Translations under genes and position numbers: made by a program | Source of the DNA: Thermoanaerobaculia bacterium | GTDB taxonomy: Bacteria > Acidobacteriota > Thermoanaerobaculia > Multivoradales > JAGPDF01 | Assembly (NCBI GenBank): GCA_018057705.1 | Contig: JAGPDF010000016.1 | Location: 5,016-69,015, forward strand | Reading direction: 5' to 3' | Length of the DNA stretch: 64,000 nt | The notes under the pieces: model-generated | What the model saw: the letters and a program-made list of their open reading frames with translations, nothing else | The model's database searches: none | Told to the model about the DNA's origin: nothing | Shown here: piece after piece, positions 55,575 through 64,000 of the stretch | How the letters are laid out: each line of letters opens with the position of its first letter | Numbering within the stretch: position 1 is the stretch's first letter

Positions 55575-56612
55575 ATGCCGCCCCCCGCCGCGCCGCTGCT
55601 CGAGGTCGCCGGACTGGAGATCCGCTTTCCCGGCGATCCCCGACCGTACGAAGTCGTGCGCGGTGCGAGCTTCGCGGTGCAGCGCGGAGAGATCGTCGGC
55701 CTGGTCGGCGAGTCGGGCTCCGGCAAGAGCCTCACGGCGCTCGCAATCCTCGGGCTGGTACCCCCTCCCGGCAGGGTGACGGGCGGCCGGATCCTGCTCG
55801 ACGGCAGGAATCTCCTCGAGCTCGATGAACGGGCGATGCGCGCCGTGCGCGGTGGCCGCATCGGGCTGGTCTTCCAGGAGCCGATGGCGGCGCTGAATCC
55901 GGTCCTGACCCTGGAGACCCAGATCTGCGAGGCGATCCGGGCCCACCGGAAGAACGGCGAAGACGGTTCCCCCGGAGCCCGGATCTCCGCGCGCGCCGCC
56001 CGGGCCCGCGCCCTCGAGCTCCTCGAGCTGCTGGCCATTCCCGACCCGGCGCGCCGCCTGAGCGACTACCCTCATCAGCTCTCGGGCGGCCAGCGCCAGC
56101 GCGCGATGCTGGCGATCGCGCTCGCCGCCGGCCCCGAGCTGCTGATCGCCGACGAGCCGACGACCGCCCTCGACGTGACGCTGCAGGCGCAGGTCCTCGA
56201 GCTTCTCGAGCGCCTGCGGCGCGAGCTCGGACTCGCGATCCTCCTGATCACCCACGATCTCGCGGTGGTGGCCGAGAGCTGTGACCGGGTGCTGGTGATG
56301 TACGCCGGCGAGATCGTCGAGGCCGCAACCGCGGAGCAGCTCTTCGCGCAGCCGGCGCATCCTTATACACGGGCTCTCCTGGCCTCGATTCCGGTGCTCG
56401 GCCACCCGGCGCCGAGGGGCGAGCTGCCGGCGATCCCCGGGCAGGTGCCGGCAGCCGACCGGCTTCCGGAAGGCTGCGTCTTCGCGCCGCGCTGCGGCGC
56501 CCGCATCGAGCGCTGCGCAACCGTTCGCCCGGCGTGGGTCGATCTCGGCGCCGGGCACGGCGCGCGCTGCCTGCGATTGCCCGGGCTCCTGCACGGTGAG
56601 GCCGGCGGATGA
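55575..56612 (+). CDS. oligopeptide/dipeptide ABC transporter ATP-binding protein (DppD/OppD-like)
   Basis: Has Walker A (GESGSGKS), the ABC signature LSGGQRQR, and the C-terminal oligopeptide-transporter extension with a Cys cluster. Confidence 0.8.
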   Translation: MPPPAAPLLEVAGLEIRFPGDPRPYEVVRGASFAVQRGEIVGLVGESGSGKSLTALAILGLVPPPGRVTGGRILLDGRNLLELDERAMRAVRGGRIGLVFQEPMAALNPVLTLETQICEAIRAHRKNGEDGSPGARISARAARARALELLELLAIPDPARRLSDYPHQLSGGQRQRAMLAIALAAGPELLIADEPTTALDVTLQAQVLELLERLRRELGLAILLITHDLAVVAESCDRVLVMYAGEIVEAATAEQLFAQPAHPYTRALLASIPVLGHPAPRGELPAIPGQVPAADRLPEGCVFAPRCGARIERCATVRPAWVDLGAGHGARCLRLPGLLHGEAGG

Positions 56613-57685
56613 GCTCCCTGCTGGAGGTCCGCGGGCTCGCCAAGGAGTTTCCGATCCGTTCGGCATTCCTGCGGCGCCGGCTGGGCGCGGTGGCCGCGGT
56701 CGCGGAGGTCGACCTGGACATCGCAGCCGGCGAGACCGTCGCCCTGGTGGGGGAGTCGGGGTCGGGCAAGAGCACGCTCGGACGGATGATCGTGCGCCTG
56801 ATCGAACCGACCCGCGGCGAGATCCGCTTCCGCGGCGAGGACCTCCTCGCGCTTCCGCCCCGCGAGCTGCGACGCGCGCGCCGCCATTTCCAGGTCGTCT
56901 TCCAGGACCCGTACGGCTCGCTCAATCCGCGCATGCGGATCGGCGACGCGCTCCTCGAGCCGTTGCTCGTGCACGGCCTGGCCGCGGGCAGCGGCGCGAG
57001 CGGCGGCGAGCGGCGCGAAAAGCGCGCCCTGCAGGTGGCCGGGATGCTCGCCGAGGTCGGCATGCCGGCCGAGGCCGCGCGACGCTACCCGCACGAATTC
57101 TCCGGCGGCCAGCGCCAGCGCATCGGTATCGCCCGCGCTCTCGCCTCGCAGCCGGCGCTCCTGGTCGCGGACGAACCGGTCTCGGCGCTCGACCTGTCGG
57201 TCCGCGCCCAGATCGTCAATCTGCTCGCCAACCTGCAGCGCGATCGCGGCATCGCCATGCTGTTCATCGCCCACGATCTGGCGCTGGTCGAGCAGATCGC
57301 CGACCGGATCGCCGTGCTCTACCTCGGCCGCATCGTCGAGGAGGGCCCGGCGGCGGCGCTCCTCGCCGCGCCGCTCCACCCCTACACGGCGAGCCTCATC
57401 GCCGCCGTGCCGCGGGTGCGCGCGGCCGGCGGTCTGAGGCTCCGGCGGGTCCCCGCGGGCGAGCCCCCGAGCGCCTCGGATCCGCCCCCCGGTTGCCCCT
57501 TTCACCCGCGCTGTGCCGCCGCCACCGAGCGCTGCCGGAGCGAACGGCCCCTTCTCCTCGGGAGCGCGGGGGAGCGCAAGGTCGCCTGCCACTACCCGGG
57601 CGAGGCCGCCCTCGTTCAGCGAACGGCGCCGGAATCTCGCCCCGGCGATGGAACTTTTCTGGCCAACGGACGTAGAGAACTGTGA
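56609..57685 (+). CDS. oligopeptide/dipeptide ABC transporter ATP-binding protein (DppF/OppF-like)
   Basis: Has Walker A (GESGSGKST), the signature FSGGQRQR, and a C-terminal Opp/Dpp-type domain with Cys residues. The ATG overlaps the upstream stop. Confidence 0.8.
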   Translation: MSSLLEVRGLAKEFPIRSAFLRRRLGAVAAVAEVDLDIAAGETVALVGESGSGKSTLGRMIVRLIEPTRGEIRFRGEDLLALPPRELRRARRHFQVVFQDPYGSLNPRMRIGDALLEPLLVHGLAAGSGASGGERREKRALQVAGMLAEVGMPAEAARRYPHEFSGGQRQRIGIARALASQPALLVADEPVSALDLSVRAQIVNLLANLQRDRGIAMLFIAHDLALVEQIADRIAVLYLGRIVEEGPAAALLAAPLHPYTASLIAAVPRVRAAGGLRLRRVPAGEPPSASDPPPGCPFHPRCAAATERCRSERPLLLGSAGERKVACHYPGEAALVQRTAPESRPGDGTFLANGRREL

Positions 57686-57714
57686 CGCAAACTTCGCGAA
57701 TGGAGAGGATACGC

Positions 57715-59376
57715 ATGACGATTCGAGTGCGAGAGAAGAATAGATTGCGCCGGCAGACCGGCGCTCCGCTGGGAATGGCGCTGTTCGTCACCGCCGCAAT
57801 GATCGCCGCGGCCGTTCCGGGTACCCCGGCCGCCGCCCAGGATGCGGGCATGCCGATCACGATCGAAACCGCTATCGGACCGGAGGTCGGGATGGCCGAG
57901 CTTCGGGTCCAGGGCGAGGAGATCCACCTGACGCTCGAAGAGGCGGTGGGGCTCGCGCTCTCCCGCAACCTCAACCTGCGCACCCAGCGCTATTACCGTG
58001 AGCAGGCGACTCTCGGCATCCAGCAGGCGACCGGCATCTACGACTTCAATCTTCTCGCCGACCTCTTCACCCAGAAGATCGAGAACCCGGCGGCCTCGAA
58101 CCTCGACGGCGCCGACGTCCAGATCCAGGAGCGCTCCAGCCTCACGGTGGGCGGGTCGCAGCTCTTTCCGACCGGCGGCGTCTTCGGCGTGAGCGTCCCG
58201 AACGGGCGCTTCGAGACCAACTCGAGCTTCTCGCTGCTCAACCCGTCGTTCGACAGCGGTCTCGACTTCTCGTTCACGCAACCCCTGCTGCGCGGCTTCG
58301 GACGCTCGGCGACCGAGTACGGGATCGAAGTGGCGCGGGTCAATAGCGACCTCTCGTACCAGCAGTTCGTCTTCGAGGTCATTTCGACCATCCAGAACGT
58401 CGAGAACGCCTACTGGAATCTGGTCGCGGCGCGCTATGCGCTGACCGTCTCCGAGGAGAGCCTGAAGCTCGCCGAAGAGCTGCATTCGAACAACAAGGTG
58501 CGCGTCGACGTCGGCACGCTCGCCCCGCTCGAGCTCGTGCAGAGCGAGGCCCAGATCGCCACCCGCCAGGAGGCGATCATCCGCGCCCGGGGCGTCGTCG
58601 GCGACGCCGAGGACCTGCTCTTCTTCTACCTCAACGTCGATCAGGGCGAGGCCTGGTCGAAGACGATCGTCCCCGACACCGAGGCGATCATCGAGCATCC
58701 GCGAGTCGACCTGCAGGAGGCGATCCGCGTGGCTTTGGGCTCGCGGCCCGAGATCGTCAGCCAGCAGCTGCGCATCCAGTCGGCAACCCTCGACCAGACC
58801 TTCCTGGCGCAGGATGCCAAGCCGCGCCTCGATCTGCGCGCCACCTACGGCCTCTCGGGCCTGGGCGGCGACGTGGTGATCCGCAATCCCGACGGGTCGA
58901 TCGATACCACCATCCCCGGCGGATGGGACGACGCCTTCGAGCAGGTCACCGGTGGCGACTTCCCGGGCTGGTCGGTCGGCCTCGAGCTCGGCATCCCGAT
59001 CCAGAACCGCACCGCCCGGGCCCGCAAGGCGATCGCTGACCTCGCGGTCGAGGCCAGCAAGGACACCGCAAAGCAGCTCGAGCTGCGGGTCACGACGGAG
59101 GTCCGCGCGGCGGTGCGCGGCCTCGAGACCTCCCGTGAGCAGCTCGAGTCAGCCAAGGTCTCGACCCGGCTGGCGGAGAAGAACCTCGACGCCGAGAGGA
59201 AGAAGTACGACAACGGCCTGTCGACCGCCTACCAGATCCTGCAGGTGCAGGACGATCTGACGGCGGCGCGCTATCGCCAGGTCGCGGCGGTGACCGGGTA
59301 CCGCAAGTCGCTCGTCGAGTACAACCGGGCGACCGGGGCACTGCTCGCGAGCTCGAACGTCTCCATCGCGGACTGA
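57715..59376 (+). CDS. TolC family outer-membrane efflux protein
   Basis: The product has a signal peptide and two OEP repeats. GGAGAGGA lies 7 nt upstream of the ATG. Confidence 0.8.
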   Translation: MTIRVREKNRLRRQTGAPLGMALFVTAAMIAAAVPGTPAAAQDAGMPITIETAIGPEVGMAELRVQGEEIHLTLEEAVGLALSRNLNLRTQRYYREQATLGIQQATGIYDFNLLADLFTQKIENPAASNLDGADVQIQERSSLTVGGSQLFPTGGVFGVSVPNGRFETNSSFSLLNPSFDSGLDFSFTQPLLRGFGRSATEYGIEVARVNSDLSYQQFVFEVISTIQNVENAYWNLVAARYALTVSEESLKLAEELHSNNKVRVDVGTLAPLELVQSEAQIATRQEAIIRARGVVGDAEDLLFFYLNVDQGEAWSKTIVPDTEAIIEHPRVDLQEAIRVALGSRPEIVSQQLRIQSATLDQTFLAQDAKPRLDLRATYGLSGLGGDVVIRNPDGSIDTTIPGGWDDAFEQVTGGDFPGWSVGLELGIPIQNRTARARKAIADLAVEASKDTAKQLELRVTTEVRAAVRGLETSREQLESAKVSTRLAEKNLDAERKKYDNGLSTAYQILQVQDDLTAARYRQVAAVTGYRKSLVEYNRATGALLASSNVSIAD

Positions 59377-59392
59377 CGCCGCCGCAGGTCAG

Positions 59393-59440
59393 GGTGCCGG
59401 CCGGGCCACTCCGAGTGGCCTTGCCGGCACCAGCGGTTTT
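59393..59440 (+). terminator. putative rho-independent terminator after the tolC-like gene
   Basis: The stem is GGTGCCGGC...GCCGGCACC with a nested GGCCACTC/GAGTGGCC, and a GTTTT run follows. Confidence 0.4.
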
Positions 59441-59472
59441 GGGGCACGATTCCCGGGAAAGGAATCTCATCC

Positions 59473-60201
59473 ATGAACAGTCCGGAACAGGTGGAGTCGG
59501 CGACGCCGGAGGTGAGCGCCGTGCAGTCGATCTGGGGCGTGCTGCTCGCGCCGGAGAAGACCTTTCGCGCCCTCGCCCTCCGGCCGCACTGGCTGCCGGC
59601 GCTGCTGCTGCTCGTGGCCGCGGCGCTGGCGCTCTCGGTCATCGTCACGCCGCGGCTGGACATGAAGCAGGTGATGCGCGATGCCATCGAGGACAGCGGC
59701 CAGGAGATCTCGGCGGCGCAGCTCGAGCAGCAGGTGGAGATCGCGGAGAAGTTCAAGTGGGTGGGGACGGCCTCGCAGCTCGTGCTTCAGCCGGCGGTCT
59801 ACATGCTCATGGCGGCGATCTTCCTGGTGGTCTTTCGCCTGATGGGGAGCGATATCGACTTCCGCCACAGTCTCTCGGTCGCCGTGCACGGCATGATGCC
59901 GTTCCTGCTGGCGACGCTGCTCTCGATTCCGGTGGTGATGTCGCGCGCCGAGCTCTCGATGGAGGAGGTCCAGAGCGGCGGCTTCCTGCACTCGAACCTC
60001 GCCTCGTTCGCTCCAGAGTCGGCCGGCAAGGTCCTGGTCGCCCTGCTGGGGAGCATCGATCTCTTCTCGATCTGGACGATCGCGCTGCTCGCGATCGGCT
60101 ATCGGGTGGTCGGCAAGGTGTCGAAGGCGGCCGCGCTCGGCGTCGTGATCGCCCTCTGGGCGGTGGTCGTCGCCGGGAAGGTCGGCCTTGCCGCACTCTG
60201 A
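59473..60201 (+). CDS. Yip1-family integral membrane protein
   Basis: The 242 aa product has five TM helices in a pattern typical of bacterial YIP1-domain proteins. Confidence 0.45.
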   Translation: MNSPEQVESATPEVSAVQSIWGVLLAPEKTFRALALRPHWLPALLLLVAAALALSVIVTPRLDMKQVMRDAIEDSGQEISAAQLEQQVEIAEKFKWVGTASQLVLQPAVYMLMAAIFLVVFRLMGSDIDFRHSLSVAVHGMMPFLLATLLSIPVVMSRAELSMEEVQSGGFLHSNLASFAPESAGKVLVALLGSIDLFSIWTIALLAIGYRVVGKVSKAAALGVVIALWAVVVAGKVGLAAL

Positions 60202-60228
60202 GGCCATGGGCCGGAACGGAGCAAAGGC

Positions 60229-61500
60229 ATGAAGCGCGGGCTTCTGATCGCCGGCGGCGTCGTCGTCCTCGCGGGGATCCTGCTCGCGAGCCTCCTCTCC
60301 GGCCGCAAACAGGCGGGGGAGAAGGTCTACGTCGAGACCGCGAGCCGCCGCGAGCTCACCCAGAGCGTCAAGTCGAGCGGCCAGATCCAGCCGCGGATCA
60401 AGGTGAACATCTCGGCGCACGTGATCGGCAAGATCGAGAAGCTCTACGCCGTGGAAGGCGCCGCGATCGCCGCCGGAGCGCCGTTCCTCGAGCTCGAGCG
60501 CGAGGCGTTCCTCGCGGCGCGCGACAACGCGCGCGCTCAGCTCGCGATGTCGAAGACCGCCGAGCAGCAGGCGATCGTCTCGGCCGCCGACGAGGTCGTA
60601 CGCCTGGCGCGCGCCGAGCAACTCTCGACGCAGGGGATCGCCTCGGTCGAGGCGCTGGAGGCTGCCCGGCTGCGACGGACCTCCGCCGACCTCTCGGTGG
60701 AGCAGGCGCGCGAGGCGGTCACGCAGGCCCGGGCGATGCTCGTCAAGGCGGAGGACGATCTGCGCAAGACCACGATCTACGCGCCGCTCTCCGGCCGGGT
60801 GATCGCCCTGAACGCCGAAGTCGGCGAGGTGGTGGTCTCGGGCACGATGAACAACCCGGCCTCGGTGATCGGCACGATCGCCGACCTGTCGGAGATCCTC
60901 GCCGAGATCGACGTCGACGAGACGGAGGTCGTGCACCTCGCCACCGGACAGCGGGTGATCCTGAAGGTGGACGCGATTCCCGACCGCGAGTACACCGGCC
61001 GGGTGGTGGAGATCGGGAGCTCCGGCTACGCGAAGCCGACGCAGCCCGACGTGACCTTCTTCCAGGCGAAGGTGCTGTTCGACGCCCCGGACGACTCGTT
61101 GCGCCCGGGAATGTCGGCGCGCGCCGAGATCGAGGTCAGCACCCACGCCGACGCCCTGGCGGTTCCGATCCAGTCGGTGGTCGAGAGAAAGCCCGGCGAC
61201 GGCGATACCAAGGGCCCGGCGCGCAAGGCTCCGCCGGTATCGGTGGTCTTCGTCGTGGAGGACGGCAAAGCGAAGAGCGTGCCGGTGAAGTCGGGCATCT
61301 CCGACTCGACCGATGTCGAGATCGTCTCCGGCCTCGCCGGCGGCGAGCAGGTGATCACCGGACCGTACCGCGCGCTGCGCAAGCTCGAGGACGGCGACGC
61401 GGTGCGGGTCACGACTCCCGAGCTCGAGAAGAACGAAAGCAAGAAGGACTCCAGCGATTCCGACGATTCGGGAACCGACGACAAGGAAGAGAGCGACTGA
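60229..61500 (+). CDS. macA: efflux periplasmic adaptor (membrane fusion protein, MacA/HlyD family)
   Basis: The N-terminus has a TM anchor. The body has coiled-coil hairpin, lipoyl and beta-barrel regions ([10 protein letters not shown]), and the tail is acidic. Confidence 0.8.
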   Translation: MKRGLLIAGGVVVLAGILLASLLSGRKQAGEKVYVETASRRELTQSVKSSGQIQPRIKVNISAHVIGKIEKLYAVEGAAIAAGAPFLELEREAFLAARDNARAQLAMSKTAEQQAIVSAADEVVRLARAEQLSTQGIASVEALEAARLRRTSADLSVEQAREAVTQARAMLVKAEDDLRKTTIYAPLSGRVIALNAEVGEVVVSGTMNNPASVIGTIADLSEILAEIDVDETEVVHLATGQRVILKVDAIPDREYTGRVVEIGSSGYAKPTQPDVTFFQAKVLFDAPDDSLRPGMSARAEIEVSTHADALAVPIQSVVERKPGDGDTKGPARKAPPVSVVFVVEDGKAKSVPVKSGISDSTDVEIVSGLAGGEQVITGPYRALRKLEDGDAVRVTTPELEKNESKKDSSDSDDSGTDDKEESD

Positions 61501-62201
61501 TGTCGATCATCGAGCTGCAGAACGTGCACAAGGTCTACGACATGGGCGCCGAGAAGGTCCATGCCCTGAACGGCGTCGATCTCACGATCGGCAAGGCCGA
61601 GTACGTGGCGATCATGGGCCCGTCGGGCAGCGGCAAGTCGACGATGATGAACCTCCTCGGCTGCCTCGACACCCCGTCGACCGGCAGCTACATTCTGAAC
61701 GGCACGGCGGTCGAGAAGCTGAACGACCAGGAGCTCGCCGCGATCCGCAACAAGGAGATCGGCTTCGTCTTCCAGACGTTCAACCTGCTCGCCCGCACGG
61801 ACGCGCTGCAGAACGTCGAGCTGCCGCTCATCTACGCCGGCGTGTCGCGCAAGGAGCGCCGCGAGCGCGCCCAGCGCGCCCTCGCGCGGGTGGGACTCAC
61901 CGACCGCTCGCACCATCTGCCGAACGAGCTCTCGGGCGGCCAGCGTCAGCGCGTAGCGATCGCCAGGGCGCTGGTGAACGACCCGTCGATCCTGCTCGCC
62001 GACGAGCCGACCGGGAACCTCGACACGGCGACGTCGACCGACATCATGAATCTCTTCGACGAGCTCCACCGCCAGGGGAACACGGTGATCCTGGTGACGC
62101 ACGAGCCGGACATCGCCGCCCACGCCGACCGCAAGATCGTCCTGCGCGACGGCAAGGTGCAGTCGGACGTTCGCGAGCCCGCGCGGGCCGCGGCGGTCTG
62201 A
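61500..62201 (+). CDS. macB: MacB/LolD-type ABC transporter ATP-binding protein (stand-alone NBD)
   Basis: Has Walker A (GPSGSGKST), the signature LSGGQRQR and Walker B ([12 protein letters not shown]). Its start overlaps the macA stop (ATGA-like). Confidence 0.85.
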   Translation: MSIIELQNVHKVYDMGAEKVHALNGVDLTIGKAEYVAIMGPSGSGKSTMMNLLGCLDTPSTGSYILNGTAVEKLNDQELAAIRNKEIGFVFQTFNLLARTDALQNVELPLIYAGVSRKERRERAQRALARVGLTDRSHHLPNELSGGQRQRVAIARALVNDPSILLADEPTGNLDTATSTDIMNLFDELHRQGNTVILVTHEPDIAAHADRKIVLRDGKVQSDVREPARAAAV

Positions 62202-62231
62202 GGCTCCGTAAGGGAGAGGGCGCGGACTTTC

Positions 62232-62489
62232 GAGGCCATCGAGCTACCCTGAACCCATCGAGCTATCCGAGCCAGCCGAGGTAACTGAGCTATCCGAGCC
62301 AGCCGAGGTAACTGAGCCATCCGAGCCATCCGAGCCATAGGAGCCATCCGCCCTATCCGAGCCACCAGAGCTATCTGAGCTACCTGAGCGATCCGAGCCA
62401 TCAGAGCCAGCCGAGGTAACTGAGCCATCCGAGCCACTAGAGCCACCCAAGCCCTTCGAGCTACCCGAGCCAGCCGAGTCATCTGAGCC
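62232..62489. repeat. tandem array of a 9 bp repeat (consensus GAGCCATCC / GAGCTATCC / GAGCCAGCC / GAGGTAACT), about 28 copies
   Basis: The 9 bp periodicity holds from 62232 to the permease ATG at 62490. Higher-order 27 bp units (GAGCTATCCGAGCCAGCCGAGGTAACT) recur three times. The array contains in-frame stop codons on the plus strand. Confidence 0.8.
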
Positions 62490-63716
62490 ATGGTCGTCTC
62501 CGAGAACATCCGCATCGCCTTTCGCGCCCTGCGCGCCAACAAGATGCGCTCGATGCTGACGACGCTCGGCATCATCATCGGCGTGGCGGCGGTGATCGCG
62601 GTGGTCTCGATCGTCCAGGGCCTGCAGTTCATGATCACGAAGGAGCTCCAGGGGGTCGGAGCGACGTACGTGATGGTGCTGCCGAAGGTGGAACAGAATC
62701 AGGGTCCCGGGGTCCTCGCCCGTCAGGTGAAGCTCACCTGGGATGACGGGCAGGCGATCCGCGACCGCATCTCCGGTATCCGCCTCATCACCCCGCTCAT
62801 CGCCGCGCCGGCGCAGCTCGTGAAGTACGGCGAGCGCCAGCACACGGTGCAGTATCTCTTCGGCGTCTCGCAGGACTGGCCGGAGGTGAACAACCACGAG
62901 GTGGACCAGGGGCGGTTCTTCTCGCGGGTGGACATGGTGCACCGGCGGAAGGTCGCGGTGATCGGCCAGAAGGTGGCGGAGGAGCTGGGCCTCACGGATC
63001 CGGTCGGCAAGGAGGTCTACGTCGGCTCGCTGCCGGTCTCGATCATCGGCGTGATGGAGAAGCGCGGCCAGGCGCTCGGCCAGAACATGGACGACCTGGT
63101 CTTCATCCCGTTCGACACGGCGGTGAATCTGCTCGGCCGCTCGGCCGGCGACCAGATCCAGTTGCGGCTCCAGGCCGTCGACGCCGCCTCGGTGGATCAG
63201 GTGAAGGACGGCATCACGCAGCTCCTGCGCCAGCGCCACAAGATCGCCGAAGGCCAGCCGAACGACTTCGACGTCATGCTGCAGGACGAGATCCTGAAAT
63301 CCGTCGGCTCGATCCTCGGCATGATCACCACGGTAATCGGCGCCGTCGTCGGCGTCGCCCTCCTCGTCGGCGGCATCGGCATCATGAACATCATGCTGGT
63401 CTCCGTGACGGAGCGCACCCGAGAGATCGGCGTCCGCAAAGCCGTTGGCGCCAGACGCCAGGACATCCTCGTCCAGTTCATGATCGAAGCCGTCACCCTG
63501 AGCCTGGTAGGAGGCGGCATAGGTCTCGCGGCAGGCTGGGGCCTCGGCGCCCTAGTCTCCTCCCTCCTCCCCGGCGACTGGCCCCCCGCCCACGTCCCCT
63601 TCTGGGCCATCCTCATCGCCGTCGGCTTCAGCGCCGTGGTCGGGATCTTCTTCGGGATCTATCCGGCGGGGAAGGCCAGTCGTCTCGATCCGATCGACGC
63701 GTTGCGGTACGAGTAG
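62490..63716 (+). CDS. MacB-type ABC transporter permease (FtsX-like, with periplasmic MacB_PCD)
   Basis: The N-terminus MRSMLTTLGIIIGVAAVIAVVSI forms TM1. A ~230 aa periplasmic domain follows, and a C-terminal FtsX 3-TM bundle contains GIGIMNIMLVSVTERTREIG. Confidence 0.85.
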   Translation: MVVSENIRIAFRALRANKMRSMLTTLGIIIGVAAVIAVVSIVQGLQFMITKELQGVGATYVMVLPKVEQNQGPGVLARQVKLTWDDGQAIRDRISGIRLITPLIAAPAQLVKYGERQHTVQYLFGVSQDWPEVNNHEVDQGRFFSRVDMVHRRKVAVIGQKVAEELGLTDPVGKEVYVGSLPVSIIGVMEKRGQALGQNMDDLVFIPFDTAVNLLGRSAGDQIQLRLQAVDAASVDQVKDGITQLLRQRHKIAEGQPNDFDVMLQDEILKSVGSILGMITTVIGAVVGVALLVGGIGIMNIMLVSVTERTREIGVRKAVGARRQDILVQFMIEAVTLSLVGGGIGLAAGWGLGALVSSLLPGDWPPAHVPFWAILIAVGFSAVVGIFFGIYPAGKASRLDPIDALRYE

Positions 63717-63729
63717 GGAACTCGCCAAG

Positions 63730-64000
63730 GTGCCGACGCTCCGCAAAGCGATCTCGGACCGCCTCCGCGCCAGAGGCTTCCGACGTATCGACGGCGGCAA
63801 GCACCTGCTGACGCTCGACCCGGAGTGGTCGCTCTACGTCGACACCGGCACGCTCGGCACGGCGACAGGGATCGCCCCCTGGGTAGGACTGCGCAGCGAA
63901 GCGATCGAGTCCGCCCGCGCCGAGCTGATGAAGGTTCCGAGTTTCCCCGGAAGCGCGACGGTCTCCTCGAACGTCGGCTATGTCCTCGACGGCACCTACC
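63730..64000 (+). CDS. hypothetical protein, 5' fragment (continues past window end)
   Basis: The reading frame stays open from a GTG 11 nt after the permease stop to the window end, and I found no recognizable motif. Confidence 0.3.
   Translation, partial: MPTLRKAISDRLRARGFRRIDGGKHLLTLDPEWSLYVDTGTLGTATGIAPWVGLRSEAIESARAELMKVPSFPGSATVSSNVGYVLDGTY

Noticed and set aside
61946-63239. Minus-strand ORFs 62244..63239 (Ser/Gly/Asp-rich) and 61946..62638 crossing the 9 bp repeat.
   Set aside because: Both are antisense to the well-supported macB NBD and permease genes. Their open frame through the repeat is a consequence of the 9 bp periodicity.

Overview
This 64 kb window is high-GC (about 70%) and densely packed with bacterial chromosomal genes. 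Nearly all of it is core housekeeping, from a Gram-negative-type bacterium whose gene content is compatible with a myxobacterial or acidobacterial origin; the taxon is not certain. Translational coupling, with overlapping start and stop codons, is frequent. The long Arg/Pro-rich ORFs in the six-frame track are off-frame or antisense artifacts of the GC bias. No CRISPR array, integrase, transposase or toxin-antitoxin pair is visible.

DNA repair and replication: mutS, ssb, uvrB, uvrC, recG, a family-4 uracil-DNA glycosylase, scpA and scpB.

Translation apparatus: rpsF-rpsR-rplI, rplY/ctc-pth, rpsA-ihfB, trpS, dtd, rluB, tsaB-rimI, a tRNA-Gln(UUG) and the RNase P RNA (rnpB, type A).

Envelope and lipid genes: pssA-psd, PBP1A, nagZ, ldcA, a LolB-like lipoprotein gene upstream of ispE, lpxB-msbA with a DUF374 gene, a GT4 glycosyltransferase, and a TolC-Yip1-MacA-MacB efflux cluster with macB split into ATPase and permease genes.

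Metabolism: ispE, prs, cmk, gmk, coaBC, leucine dehydrogenase, queG and pepA.

The less ordinary content is as follows:
1. A protein with tandem MshEN-type c-di-GMP-binding motifs but no ATPase, followed by a Pro/Ala-rich linker and an unassigned C-terminal domain.
2. A cNMP-binding plus FHA fusion protein.
3. A DUF4388 + J-domain + TPR protein.
4. A roughly 450 bp structured intergenic region upstream of recG, with 92 bp tandem direct repeats and a roughly 50 bp nested inverted-repeat (MITE-like) element.
5. A roughly 258 bp array of a 9 bp tandem repeat sitting exactly between the ATPase and permease halves of a split macB.
6. An Asd-family paralog whose catalytic cysteine appears to be replaced.
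7. A pth gene with no canonical in-frame start codon, directly after a slippery GAGAAG repeat at the 3' end of rplY.
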